Shown in pieces: positions 35,735 through 44,696 of a stretch of DNA of 64,000 nucleotides (within the stretch, counting starts at the first letter, position 1; each line of letters starts with the position of its first letter). This DNA is from Alphaproteobacteria bacterium (GTDB lineage: Bacteria; Pseudomonadota; Alphaproteobacteria; Bin95). The position numbers and the translations under genes are program-made. The DNA is taken from contig CBDBGH010000003.1 of assembly GCA_965205265.1 (NCBI GenBank), positions 512,001 through 576,000 on the forward strand. Reading direction: 5' to 3'. A model generated the notes under the pieces. The model did not search any database and had not been told where the DNA came from. It worked only from the letters and a program-made list of their open reading frames with translations.

Positions 35735-37717
35735 ATGCGTAATGCGGGCCCCGCTATCGATCCTTCCCTGGCGATGGTCTATCGGCAGGCCAGGGACGCG
35801 GCCGGCGCGCCGGTTTCCGAAAGGGACAGCTGGACCCTGGAGCTGCTGGTGGGCGTGGACAGCGGGCTCGAAGCGCTGGACGGCGCGAATCCGGGCTCCG
35901 ACCTGCAACAGCTCGCCCGGTCGGTGGCGGACCGGACCGTGCGCCGCCATTTCGCGTCATGCAATTCGGTCGGCGGCGATTTCGTCCGGGTGTTTCCCGC
36001 CTGGTTGCTGGAGGACAGGCGCGGCCGCGGGAAACGCAGTCTTTGCGTGGTTACCGGCGCATTCGCGGCGAATGTCCATATTGCCGACGCACTGACCACC
36101 AAGCCGTTTCCGCCGCTGCGGCTGCGAAGCTATGCGCTGCGCCGCCGCCGGCCCTCCGGACGGCGGCGGGACAGGCTGGCCGCCGAGGCGCGGCATCTTC
36201 TCGAATGCCTGCAACGGGTGCTGGGCACGGTGCCGGAAAGCGCCCTTGCGCTCAGGCGGATGGCCGAACGCCCGGCGGAGGCGGAGCGCGAGGCGCTGGA
36301 GGTTTGGAACGGATTCCTGGACGAGTGCTGCAACAGGATGGGGCGGCAGGCCGTGAAGGCCGGTCTGACCATGGAGGGGCTGGCGCTCCTCGGCCAGGGC
36401 CGCGACGGGGGCCGGGACCGGATGTTTTTCCTGGAGCATTATCCCTGGGCGTTCGCGGCGGCCCTCGACAGCGGGGATGCGGAGCGGCTGCTGCGCCGCA
36501 TCGACGAGAACCGCGCCAATGCGCGCGCCGTGGCCGAGCGGCTGCTCTGCTGCCAGAGGCTCGAGGAATGCGAGAGCGCGCGCCTCGTGGCGAAGCGGAT
36601 GCCGAAATACCGCGCCGACCCGGCCCTGCTGCAGATTCTCGGACGGTATTCGTCGGAGCGGGACACCCGGTACCGCGCCATCCTGCTGGAGGCGAACGCG
36701 CGCGATGGCGGCGAATTGCTGGAGCAAGTCCTTCGCGACGGCGCAGCAACGCGCAGGCGGCTTGCCTTCGCGACCCAGGCCATCCTCCGAACGGGCGCGA
36801 CGGGCAGCGGCCTGACGACGCGCTACGACTGCGGGATGCTGGCGTTCCGCAGTTTCGCCTGGAGCCGCCACGAGCCGGGCGGCGCCGACCCGGCGGCTCT
36901 GGTCGAAGGGCTGGCCGCTGCCTCCGCCGACTGCCTGGCGGCCTTCGCGGCCTGCTATCCGCCGGAGGAAACGGACGATCCGGACCGGCCGGAGGGGACG
37001 GACCCGGTAGACCGGGGCATTGCCGCGCTGACCGGCCTGCTGGACGGGGCGGGGCGGCCCGAACTGACGGGAAGGCAATTGGCCGCCTTCGCCGAGGGGG
37101 CCGCGGCGCGCTGCGTCCACCGCATCCGCATCCTCGAACGCGCCGATGTCGGCGCCGAGTGGCCCGAGCCGCCGGGCTGGAACGCGCGAGCCGGGATTGC
37201 GGGGGCGCGGTTCCTGGCGACGCCCGATGCGGTGCGCGCGGAGGGCAGGCAAATGCAGAACTGCCTGCGCTACGCCGAGTCCTACATTCATGGCTCCGCG
37301 TTGGGGCGCCTCACGCTGTTTTCGATCCGCGCGGCGGGAAACGGCCCGCGGGCGACGCTCAGCCTCGCATCCCTCGAGAGCCTCGACGACGGCCGCATCC
37401 GGGTCGATGGATACCGGGTTTCCGAACTCCGCGGCGTCCGGAACGGGGAGCCCGATCCGGCCTGCCTCGCCGTGGCGGAGCGGGTGGCGAGGGTCCTCAA
37501 CGGCAGTTGCCCCTTCATCGTCCCGCCCGAAGAGGCGTTCCGCCGGGCGGAGGTCCGCCGGGTGCTGAACGAACGCCGCAGCTACAACGAAGACCCCGCC
37601 GCCGCCGAGGAACGCTGGCGCGAACTCTACCTGCCGCTCCTGCCGAGGCGCTTCGCCGGCCTCTCCGCCCGGGAGATCGTGGAGACGTGGTTCGAGAAGC
37701 GAGCGCGGGACGCCTGA
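35735..37717 (+). CDS. Hypothetical 660-aa protein with C-terminal PcfJ-like domain (paralog 1)
   Basis: AGGAGG RBS; EGRQMQNCL...LFSIR...RATL...ELRGVRN pattern; collinear similarity to the next gene. Confidence 0.75.
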   Translation: MRNAGPAIDPSLAMVYRQARDAAGAPVSERDSWTLELLVGVDSGLEALDGANPGSDLQQLARSVADRTVRRHFASCNSVGGDFVRVFPAWLLEDRRGRGKRSLCVVTGAFAANVHIADALTTKPFPPLRLRSYALRRRRPSGRRRDRLAAEARHLLECLQRVLGTVPESALALRRMAERPAEAEREALEVWNGFLDECCNRMGRQAVKAGLTMEGLALLGQGRDGGRDRMFFLEHYPWAFAAALDSGDAERLLRRIDENRANARAVAERLLCCQRLEECESARLVAKRMPKYRADPALLQILGRYSSERDTRYRAILLEANARDGGELLEQVLRDGAATRRRLAFATQAILRTGATGSGLTTRYDCGMLAFRSFAWSRHEPGGADPAALVEGLAAASADCLAAFAACYPPEETDDPDRPEGTDPVDRGIAALTGLLDGAGRPELTGRQLAAFAEGAAARCVHRIRILERADVGAEWPEPPGWNARAGIAGARFLATPDAVRAEGRQMQNCLRYAESYIHGSALGRLTLFSIRAAGNGPRATLSLASLESLDDGRIRVDGYRVSELRGVRNGEPDPACLAVAERVARVLNGSCPFIVPPEEAFRRAEVRRVLNERRSYNEDPAAAEERWRELYLPLLPRRFAGLSAREIVETWFEKRARDA

Positions 37718-37759
37718 ATTCGCCGAAACAAGGAGGAATTGCGAAAAGGAGGCTGGAGG

Positions 37760-39754
37760 ATGAACGGTTCGACCGGTATCGGCGCCCCGCCGCCGACGTT
37801 GGCGTATCGGAACGCCTTGTTTGCCGAACCGAAGTCGTCCCGGCGGCACGAGGCCGACGGGCGGCTTTACAGTATCGTCGGGCAGGATAGCGGCTTCCCG
37901 GTGCTCGACGGTTCGGCATTCGCGGCCAACGACCATCCGCTGGAAGTGCTCTCCGACAGGATAAGGCGCCGCCATACCGCGTGGTCCGAATATAACGGCG
38001 GCAGAGAACACTATATGTTCCCGGCCTGGTTGTTCGAGGGTGCCGGACATCAGGGGGCGACGAGCCTCTACGTCGTCTTGGGCGAATTGCCGCCCTCGTT
38101 TTCTGCGGTGGATGGATTCACGCTCCAGCCGGCCGCCAGCAGCCTTATGAGGATGCCTCTGCGCTCTCTTCGTCCCTCGCAGGCGAGACGGGAAGAAATG
38201 TCGGCGGCGGCCCGGCGAGTCGTTGAGAACCTGCGAAAGGCCGGAGGCCCTGTCCGAATCGCCTCCGACACGCTGAAGGGAATGATGGGCAGCCCGCTGG
38301 ACGCGGAACGGGAGATGCTCGAAGTCTGGCACAGCTTCGTCGGGAAATGCCGCGATATTGTCGGGCCGCATGCGTTCGCTGCGGGCATCACCCTCGAAGG
38401 ACTGGCGCTCCTGTGGGCGGGCAGGGAACGCGGCCGGGACAGGCAGTGGCTGCTGCAGCAGTATCCCTGGGTTTATGCCGAAGCGCTAAGGAGCGGGAAG
38501 ATCGGGCAGGTTCTGGACGCCATCGACCGCAGTCGGGCCAATGCAGTCGGGATAGCAACCGGAATGTTGTGCTGCGCGCAGAACGAGGAATGCGCGGTCG
38601 CTCGACAGTTCGCCAAACATCTTCCCAAATATCGCGAGAGCGGGGCGCTCCTGCGTTTGCTCGGGAGGAGCGGCGAACCGCATGTCCGCCATCGTCGCGC
38701 CTTTCTGCTGGACGCCAACTACCGCGACCGGGGGCAATTGCGCCCCCATGCCGCCGCCGACTGGGGACGAACACGGTCCCAGCTCGAAATCGCGGTCACG
38801 GTCACGAGGTATCTTCAGAGGGCCGGCTTCAGCCATGAAGCCGGCTATAAGGCCGGCCTTCTCGTCTTTCGCACCCTGGCCTGGGACGGCAGCGCCGCCG
38901 CCGACGGATACCGCCCGGACGGTGCCGATATAGACGCGCTCGCAGCCGGATTTGCCGCCGTCTCCGCCGACTGCATGGCGGCCTTCTTCACCGGATGCCT
39001 GCCGTCGAAGAGGGGTGAAGGAGAAGACGATCTGGACGCGCTGGACGGAGGTCTTCTTGCGTTGGTCGATCTTCTCGACGGCGCTCAGCGGCCCGAGCTC
39101 AGCGCCCGGCAGCTCATGCATCTGGCTCGCCGCGCCTTGTTGGTTTCCGTTCACGGTTTCGAACCGATCATGGCGGAGGAGGCAGGGATGGCGTGGCCTC
39201 GACCGCCGGGATGGACTCCGCAGACGGCGCCCGCCGGGGCGAAGTTCCTCGACAGCCTGTCCGCCGTTCGCAGGCAGGGCTGGGAGATGAAGAACTGCCT
39301 TACCGATGCCCAGGAGTACATTTTCGATGCCGCCGTCGGATGGTCGGCGCTCTTTGCGATCGAGACGCGCCGAGGGGAACGGGCCACTCTGAGACTACGG
39401 GCGGTCGAGCGCCAGCTAGGCAAGGAGGTCTCGGTCGAGTGTTACAGGTTTGACGACGACGATCTTCTGGGTCCCGGCAACCGGCGGGTGTCAGCCGACT
39501 GCTGGGTGGTGGCAAGGCGGGTAGAGGCCGTCCTGAATGCCGCCTGCCGGGTCAGGTTGCCCCCGGAGCAAGCGGAACGCCGTACTCGCATCCTCAAGGC
39601 GCTGAAAGGAGAGCGGAGCTTCAACTCCGACGAGGATGTGGCGAAAGAGCGCTGGCGTTCGCTCTACGCTCCCTTGCTGCCGAGGCGCCTGGCCGAACTT
39701 TGCGAAATCGATGTCAAGCTGGGCTGGATGTTGAAGCGCGCGGCGGGCGCTTGA
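37760..39754 (+). CDS. Hypothetical 664-aa protein with C-terminal PcfJ-like domain (paralog 2)
   Basis: AGGAGG/GGAGG RBS; QGWEMKNCL...LFAIE...RATL...LLGPGN; collinear similarity to the previous gene. Confidence 0.75.
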   Translation: MNGSTGIGAPPPTLAYRNALFAEPKSSRRHEADGRLYSIVGQDSGFPVLDGSAFAANDHPLEVLSDRIRRRHTAWSEYNGGREHYMFPAWLFEGAGHQGATSLYVVLGELPPSFSAVDGFTLQPAASSLMRMPLRSLRPSQARREEMSAAARRVVENLRKAGGPVRIASDTLKGMMGSPLDAEREMLEVWHSFVGKCRDIVGPHAFAAGITLEGLALLWAGRERGRDRQWLLQQYPWVYAEALRSGKIGQVLDAIDRSRANAVGIATGMLCCAQNEECAVARQFAKHLPKYRESGALLRLLGRSGEPHVRHRRAFLLDANYRDRGQLRPHAAADWGRTRSQLEIAVTVTRYLQRAGFSHEAGYKAGLLVFRTLAWDGSAAADGYRPDGADIDALAAGFAAVSADCMAAFFTGCLPSKRGEGEDDLDALDGGLLALVDLLDGAQRPELSARQLMHLARRALLVSVHGFEPIMAEEAGMAWPRPPGWTPQTAPAGAKFLDSLSAVRRQGWEMKNCLTDAQEYIFDAAVGWSALFAIETRRGERATLRLRAVERQLGKEVSVECYRFDDDDLLGPGNRRVSADCWVVARRVEAVLNAACRVRLPPEQAERRTRILKALKGERSFNSDEDVAKERWRSLYAPLLPRRLAELCEIDVKLGWMLKRAAGA

Positions 39755-39804
39755 CCCCGACGCCCCTCGCTGCCCATATCGGCAGGCTGGCGGCGGGAGG
39801 CGGC

Positions 39805-40518
39805 ATGGAGGATTTCTCGGGGCTGGGCCGGAAGCGGCTGGAGCGCATGGCGGCGGCGGGGCGCGAAGTGCGCGAGACGGAGCGCGCGCTGGCGAACACG
39901 GGCGACAACCCGGTCTCCGAGGTGCTCCGCCACCAGGACCCGTTCGCGGTCTGGGACCATTACCCCAAGGGCGACGTGTATGACTGGAAGACCCACAGCC
40001 AGTATTATTTCCATGCCCATCCGCCCTCCGAAAACCGCTTCCCGGAGGAGGGCCATTTCCACACTTTCCTCAGGCCCAAGGGCATGCCCGTGGGCGTGAA
40101 GCCCGCTCCGGTGGCCGGCTTCGCCATGCCCGAGGACCCGGACGATGCGCTCAGCCACCTGGTCGCGATCTCGGTGGAAGAGGACGGCCGGGCGCTGCGC
40201 CTGTTCACCACCAACCGCTGGGTCACGGGCGAGGTCTGGTACGGCGCGCGCGACGTCATCCGCATGCTCGCCCTGTTCGATGTACGCCACGCCGATCCGG
40301 CCCGGACGACCGACCGCTGGGTGACGGCGATGGTGGCGCTCTTCCGCCCGCAGATCGAGACCCTGCTGCGCGAGCGCGACACCCGCATCGCCCTGCACGC
40401 CCGCTACCGCCCCGGCGGCGATGTTTACGAAGACCGGGAACTGGAAGTGACTTCGGTGGCGGAAATCTCCGTGGATGAGCAGATCGCAGCCGTGGAGGCG
40501 GCGCTTGCCGCAGCCTGA
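39805..40518 (+). CDS. DUF6969-like His-rich hypothetical protein
   Basis: HYPKGDVYD....QYYFHAH, GHFHTF, HLVAIS, LFTTNRWVTGE; GGAGG RBS. Confidence 0.75.
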   Translation: MEDFSGLGRKRLERMAAAGREVRETERALANTGDNPVSEVLRHQDPFAVWDHYPKGDVYDWKTHSQYYFHAHPPSENRFPEEGHFHTFLRPKGMPVGVKPAPVAGFAMPEDPDDALSHLVAISVEEDGRALRLFTTNRWVTGEVWYGARDVIRMLALFDVRHADPARTTDRWVTAMVALFRPQIETLLRERDTRIALHARYRPGGDVYEDRELEVTSVAEISVDEQIAAVEAALAAA

Positions 40519-40550
40519 GAATTCCCGCGCCTAACGGGATGAGAGGCGGC

Positions 40551-41699
40551 ATGGCATCGCTGCATGACTGGCTGGTGGGGGCGGCGTGGGAGTGCGGGTC
40601 GCCGGGAGCGTTGACGGCGGCTTACGGGCAGGCGCTCAACGCGGCCGGCATTCCGGTCTGGCGGGTGCAGGTGGGGCTGCGCACGCTGCATCCGCAGCTG
40701 GTGGCGGAGAATCACACCTGGCGCGCCGACGGAGACGGCGTCGAGGTGGCTTACACCACCCGCGAGACGGTGAGCTCGGACGCCTTCCTGCGCAGCCCGC
40801 TGGCGCCGCTCTATGAGGGCGCGGGCGCCATCCGCCGCCGCCTCGCCGGCGACTACGCCGTGCTCGACTACCCGGTTTTGCGCGACCTGGCGGCGGCGGG
40901 CGCCACGGACTATGCGGCGCTGCCGATGTCCTTCTCCGACGGCCAGCTGAACGCCGTGACCTTCGCCACGCGCGACGCCGGCGGATTCACCACGGAGGCG
41001 CTCGGCCGAATCGCCGGTTCGGTCGGCTTGCTCGGCCGGCTGTTCGAGGTCCATATCCTCCGGGCGACGGCCGGCATCCTGCTCGACACCTATCTCGGCA
41101 GGCGCTCGGGGCGGCGCGTGCTGGACGGCTCGATCCGGCGCGGGGACGGGGAGGAGATCGAGGCCGCGGTCTGGTTCGCCGACCTGCGCGGCTCCACGGG
41201 CCTTGCGGAGCGCCTGCCGCGCGGGCTCTATCTCGATGCGCTCAACGCCTTCTTCGACGCGACCGCCGGCTCGGTGGCGGAGCGGGGCGGGGAGGTGCTC
41301 AAATTCATCGGCGACGCCGTGCTCGCGATCTTCCCGGTCGAGGAGGGCAGGGCGGATGCCTGCCTGCGCGCGCTGGCGGCAGGCCGCGGCGCGCTCGCGC
41401 GCCTCGACGGGCTGAACGAATACCGCGACCCGGAATGGCCGGAGCTGCGCGCGGCGCTCGCGCTGCATCTGGGCGCCGTCAGCTTCGGGAACATCGGCAC
41501 GGCCGACCGGCTCGACTTCACCGCCATCGGCCCGGCGGTGAACGAAACCGCGCGCCTCTCGGAAGCCTGCAAGCAGGCGGACCGCGCCCTGCTCGCCTCG
41601 CAACCCTTCGCCGCAGCCTTGCCGGACGCCTTCGCGCCGCTCGACCGCTTCCGCCTGCGCGGCGTGGCCGAAGCCATGCAGGTCTTCGTCCCGGTTTGA
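40551..41699 (+). CDS. Class III adenylate/guanylate cyclase
   Basis: WFADLRGST, GEVLKFIGDAVLAIF, GNIG...RLDFTAIGPAVNETARL. Confidence 0.93.
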   Translation: MASLHDWLVGAAWECGSPGALTAAYGQALNAAGIPVWRVQVGLRTLHPQLVAENHTWRADGDGVEVAYTTRETVSSDAFLRSPLAPLYEGAGAIRRRLAGDYAVLDYPVLRDLAAAGATDYAALPMSFSDGQLNAVTFATRDAGGFTTEALGRIAGSVGLLGRLFEVHILRATAGILLDTYLGRRSGRRVLDGSIRRGDGEEIEAAVWFADLRGSTGLAERLPRGLYLDALNAFFDATAGSVAERGGEVLKFIGDAVLAIFPVEEGRADACLRALAAGRGALARLDGLNEYRDPEWPELRAALALHLGAVSFGNIGTADRLDFTAIGPAVNETARLSEACKQADRALLASQPFAAALPDAFAPLDRFRLRGVAEAMQVFVPV

Positions 41700-41777
41700 C
41701 TTGAGTAGGCGATGTCGGGCTGGACGAACGTGCCGCAAGCGGCTAAATATACTACATACTAGATTGGAGACAAGCCC

Positions 41778-42023
41778 ATGCGCACCGTTCCTCTTATGAC
41801 AGCCAATCAGGAGTTTTCCAAGCTTGTCCGGGAGGTGGAGCAGGGCGAGTCCTTCGTGATTACCCGGCGGGGCTGTCCGGTAGCCAGACTGGTGCCCCAC
41901 AGCATCGACAAGACAGCCGATCCGGAATGGGTGGCGGCTTATCGGAGAATGATGGCACTGATGAAAGAGGGGGCTCCGCTGGGCGGTCTGAAGATCGTGC
42001 GGGAAGAGCTTTATGACCGTTAG
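41778..42023 (+). CDS. Phd/YefM family antitoxin
   Basis: ANQEFSKLVREVEQGESFVITRRG.PVARLVP. Confidence 0.9.
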   Translation: MRTVPLMTANQEFSKLVREVEQGESFVITRRGCPVARLVPHSIDKTADPEWVAAYRRMMALMKEGAPLGGLKIVREELYDR

Positions 42024-42471
42024 GAGCCGCTTTTCGCTCGACGCCAACATTCTCGTCTATGCGGTGGATCGTAATGCCGGCGAACGGCAACTCCAAGCCG
42101 GAGAGCTTATCGGGCGAGCGGCGCGGCGCGATTGCGTGCTCACGATGCAGGCGCTGGCCGAGTTCTTTCATGCGACGACGCGCAAGAACCTCCTTGCGCC
42201 GGCCCGTGCAAGGGCATTCGTCCGGAACTGGTCCGATGTTTTCAAAGTCGTCTCGGCCGATGCCGCGGCACTCGCCGACGCCATGGACGCGGTCGAGGAG
42301 CATCGTTTTTCGTTCTGGGACGCGATGCTCTGGGCGACGGTAAGGCAAAGCGGCTGCTCGGCGCTACTCAGCGAAGACATGCAGGACAGCCGGCGCCTCG
42401 GCGGCGTCGAGATAATCAATCCTTTCGCGCCCGACGCCGACACCCGGCTGGCGGACCTGCTCGAAGCGTGA
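42013..42471 (+). CDS. PIN-domain (VapC-like) toxin
   Basis: LDANILVYA, QALAEF, SFWDAML, LLSEDMQ, IINPF; overlaps the antitoxin. Confidence 0.9.
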   Translation: MTVRSRFSLDANILVYAVDRNAGERQLQAGELIGRAARRDCVLTMQALAEFFHATTRKNLLAPARARAFVRNWSDVFKVVSADAAALADAMDAVEEHRFSFWDAMLWATVRQSGCSALLSEDMQDSRRLGGVEIINPFAPDADTRLADLLEA

Positions 42472-42505
42472 CGCCCGATCGGGGAGGCGGGAGCCGCGCC
42501 GGCCC

Positions 42506-43309
42506 TCAGCTTCCCGCGCCGATCAGCTCCGCATAGGCGTCGTTCACCTCGTCGATGATCTCGTCATGCATGACGCCCATGCAGGACCGGAAGCCGTAAT
42601 GCCTGACATTGCCCACTGCGTTCACGTCCTTGCAGTCGTCATAGGCGGTGCGCGCCATCGACTGCGCGCGCGGCGTTTCGCGCTCCGGTTCGGCCTCGGT
42701 CCAGGCCTTCTTCCGCTCGCCGGCCGTGGTTGGCCGGTCGGCGGGCACGCCGTTCAGCACGTCGCGGACGATCCGGGTCGCGCCGATCTGGTCCGGGTGC
42801 TCCTCAATCGCATAACGGGCGGCCTGGAGGGCGGTCGTGGCGAGGAAGGCGAGGTCCTCTTCGTCCTGCGCCCGCGGGTCGCCCGCAACCGCCTGCGGCA
42901 CGAGCATGACCGGCTCGCTGACCCGGACCGAGAGGCGCGTCACGGCGTATTCCCGCATGACGGGCGCCGGCACGGTCAGCATGACGGCGGAGTGGTCGCG
43001 CTCGGCCGTCAGGATGGCGCTGCTCTCCAGCGGCAGCACCACTTGGCTGCCGTCCGCGCGATGGCCGACCAGGCGGATCGCGCCCTGCTGGTCCGCCATC
43101 GCCAGAATGTTGTAGCGGTGGCCGAACGCCGGGTTCGGGCGGTCGGGCTGCAGGCAGAAGGTGGTGATCTCCGCCCGGCAGTCCGCGCCGGCGCAGGCGA
43201 GATGCACTTCGCCGCCGCCGGCGGCCACCATCAGGGCCTGCGGCGCGGCGGCCGCCCCTCCGGCGGCAAGGGCGAACGCGGCGGCGAGACCGGGCAATAT
43301 GCGACGCAT
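42506..43309 (-). CDS. Secreted hypothetical protein
   Basis: Signal peptide MRRILPGLAAAFALAAGGAAA; C....C.AE...FCLQP.R motif; GGAGG RBS. Confidence 0.7.
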   Translation of the reverse strand: MRRILPGLAAAFALAAGGAAAAPQALMVAAGGGEVHLACAGADCRAEITTFCLQPDRPNPAFGHRYNILAMADQQGAIRLVGHRADGSQVVLPLESSAILTAERDHSAVMLTVPAPVMREYAVTRLSVRVSEPVMLVPQAVAGDPRAQDEEDLAFLATTALQAARYAIEEHPDQIGATRIVRDVLNGVPADRPTTAGERKKAWTEAEPERETPRAQSMARTAYDDCKDVNAVGNVRHYGFRSCMGVMHDEIIDEVNDAYAELIGAGS

Positions 43310-43400
43310 CGGCTTGTTCCTCCTCCGTGCCACCCGTCGGGCTGCGACAGGACGCGCCATGCTGCGCCTCCGGGGCGCGCGCGTCAACGCCGCACCCGTT

Positions 43401-44624
43401 TCAGCCGCCGAAGGCCGCCCAGTCTATCGGCTTCGTCCGGTCCAGGCGGCGCTCCATGGCGGGCATCGGGTATTTGAGGCCGGTGGCGCAGTTGAAGAGG
43501 ACCGAGCGGGCGCCGGGGGCGAGCCGGCCCTCCGTCATGGCGCGCTTCCAGGCGGCATAGGTGGCCGCACCCTCCGGGCAGAGCAGCAGGCCCTCCTCGC
43601 GCGCCATCTCCGCCTGCGCCGCCTCGATCTCGCTGTCCGGCACCGCCACGGCGTAGCCGCCGCTCTCGCGCACGGCGTCGAGGATGAGAAAGTCGCCGAG
43701 CGCGGCCGGCACGCGGATGCCCATGGCGACGGTCTCGGCGCCCTCCCAGCGCTCGGCATGGCGTTCGCCGCGCTCGAAGGCCCGCACGATGGGCTGGCAG
43801 CCTTCCGCCTGCACGGCGATCATCTGCGGGCGCTCCGGGCCGATCAGGCCGAGGGCCTCCATCTCGGCAAACACCTTCCACATGCCGATCAGGCCGGTGC
43901 CGCCGCCGGTGGGGTAGAAGATCGCGTCCGGCAGCGTCCAGCCGAATTGTTCGGCGAGTTCGAGGCCCATCGTCTTCTTGCCCTCGATCCGGTAGGGCTC
44001 CTTCAGGGTCGAGCAGTCGAACCAGCCCATCGCCTCGCGGCCCTCGCCGACGAGCTTGCCGCAATCGTCGATATAGCCGTTCACCCGCCAGACTTCCGCG
44101 CCTTGCAACGCGATCTCGCGCACATTCACCTCGGGCGTGTCGGCCGGGCAGAACACGAAGGCCTCCATGCCCGCCCGCCGGCAATAGGCGGCGAGCGCCG
44201 CGCCGGCATTGCCGTTGGTCGGCATGGCGATGCGCCTGACGCCGAGTTCCTTCGCCATCGAGACCGCCATCACCAGCCCGCGCGCCTTGAAGGAGCCGGT
44301 CGGCAGTCGTCCCTCGTCCTTCACATAGAGGCCCTCGCCGGCGCGCGGCACGGGCACCAGTGGCGTCATCTCCTCGCCGAGGCTCACGATGTTCTCCAGC
44401 CGGCGCACGGGCAGCAGTTCGCGGTATCGCCACATGGTCGGCGCACGTGCGGCCAGCGCGTCCCGCGTCAGGGATTGCGCGGCGCCTTCCAGGTCGTAGC
44501 GCACCAGCAGCGGCTTGCCGGCCGCCGACAGGTTGTGCAGCCGGTCGGCCTCCAGCCGCTCGCCGGTATAGCCGCATTCCAGATGCGTCGCGAAGCTCCG
44601 CGTGTCCGGTGCGTGCGCCTGCAT
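43401..44624 (-). CDS. Threonine synthase-like PLP enzyme (fold type II)
   Basis: MWRYRELLP, SLGEEMTPL, PTGSFKARG (PLP Lys), NGNAG, EGKKTMG, YPTGGGTG. Confidence 0.9.
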   Translation of the reverse strand: MQAHAPDTRSFATHLECGYTGERLEADRLHNLSAAGKPLLVRYDLEGAAQSLTRDALAARAPTMWRYRELLPVRRLENIVSLGEEMTPLVPVPRAGEGLYVKDEGRLPTGSFKARGLVMAVSMAKELGVRRIAMPTNGNAGAALAAYCRRAGMEAFVFCPADTPEVNVREIALQGAEVWRVNGYIDDCGKLVGEGREAMGWFDCSTLKEPYRIEGKKTMGLELAEQFGWTLPDAIFYPTGGGTGLIGMWKVFAEMEALGLIGPERPQMIAVQAEGCQPIVRAFERGERHAERWEGAETVAMGIRVPAALGDFLILDAVRESGGYAVAVPDSEIEAAQAEMAREEGLLLCPEGAATYAAWKRAMTEGRLAPGARSVLFNCATGLKYPMPAMERRLDRTKPIDWAAFGG

Positions 44625-44696
44625 CGCCCCCCTCCCTTGCGTCGATGGCGGAGCATTAGCAGATTCCCGACCCGACGCCACAGGAAGGAATGCCCC

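Noticed and set aside
35498-39804. Prophage/ICE interpretation of the PcfJ-like pair
   Set aside because: No integrase, att-like repeats, tRNA, structural or conjugation genes seen; flanks are ordinary metabolic genes.
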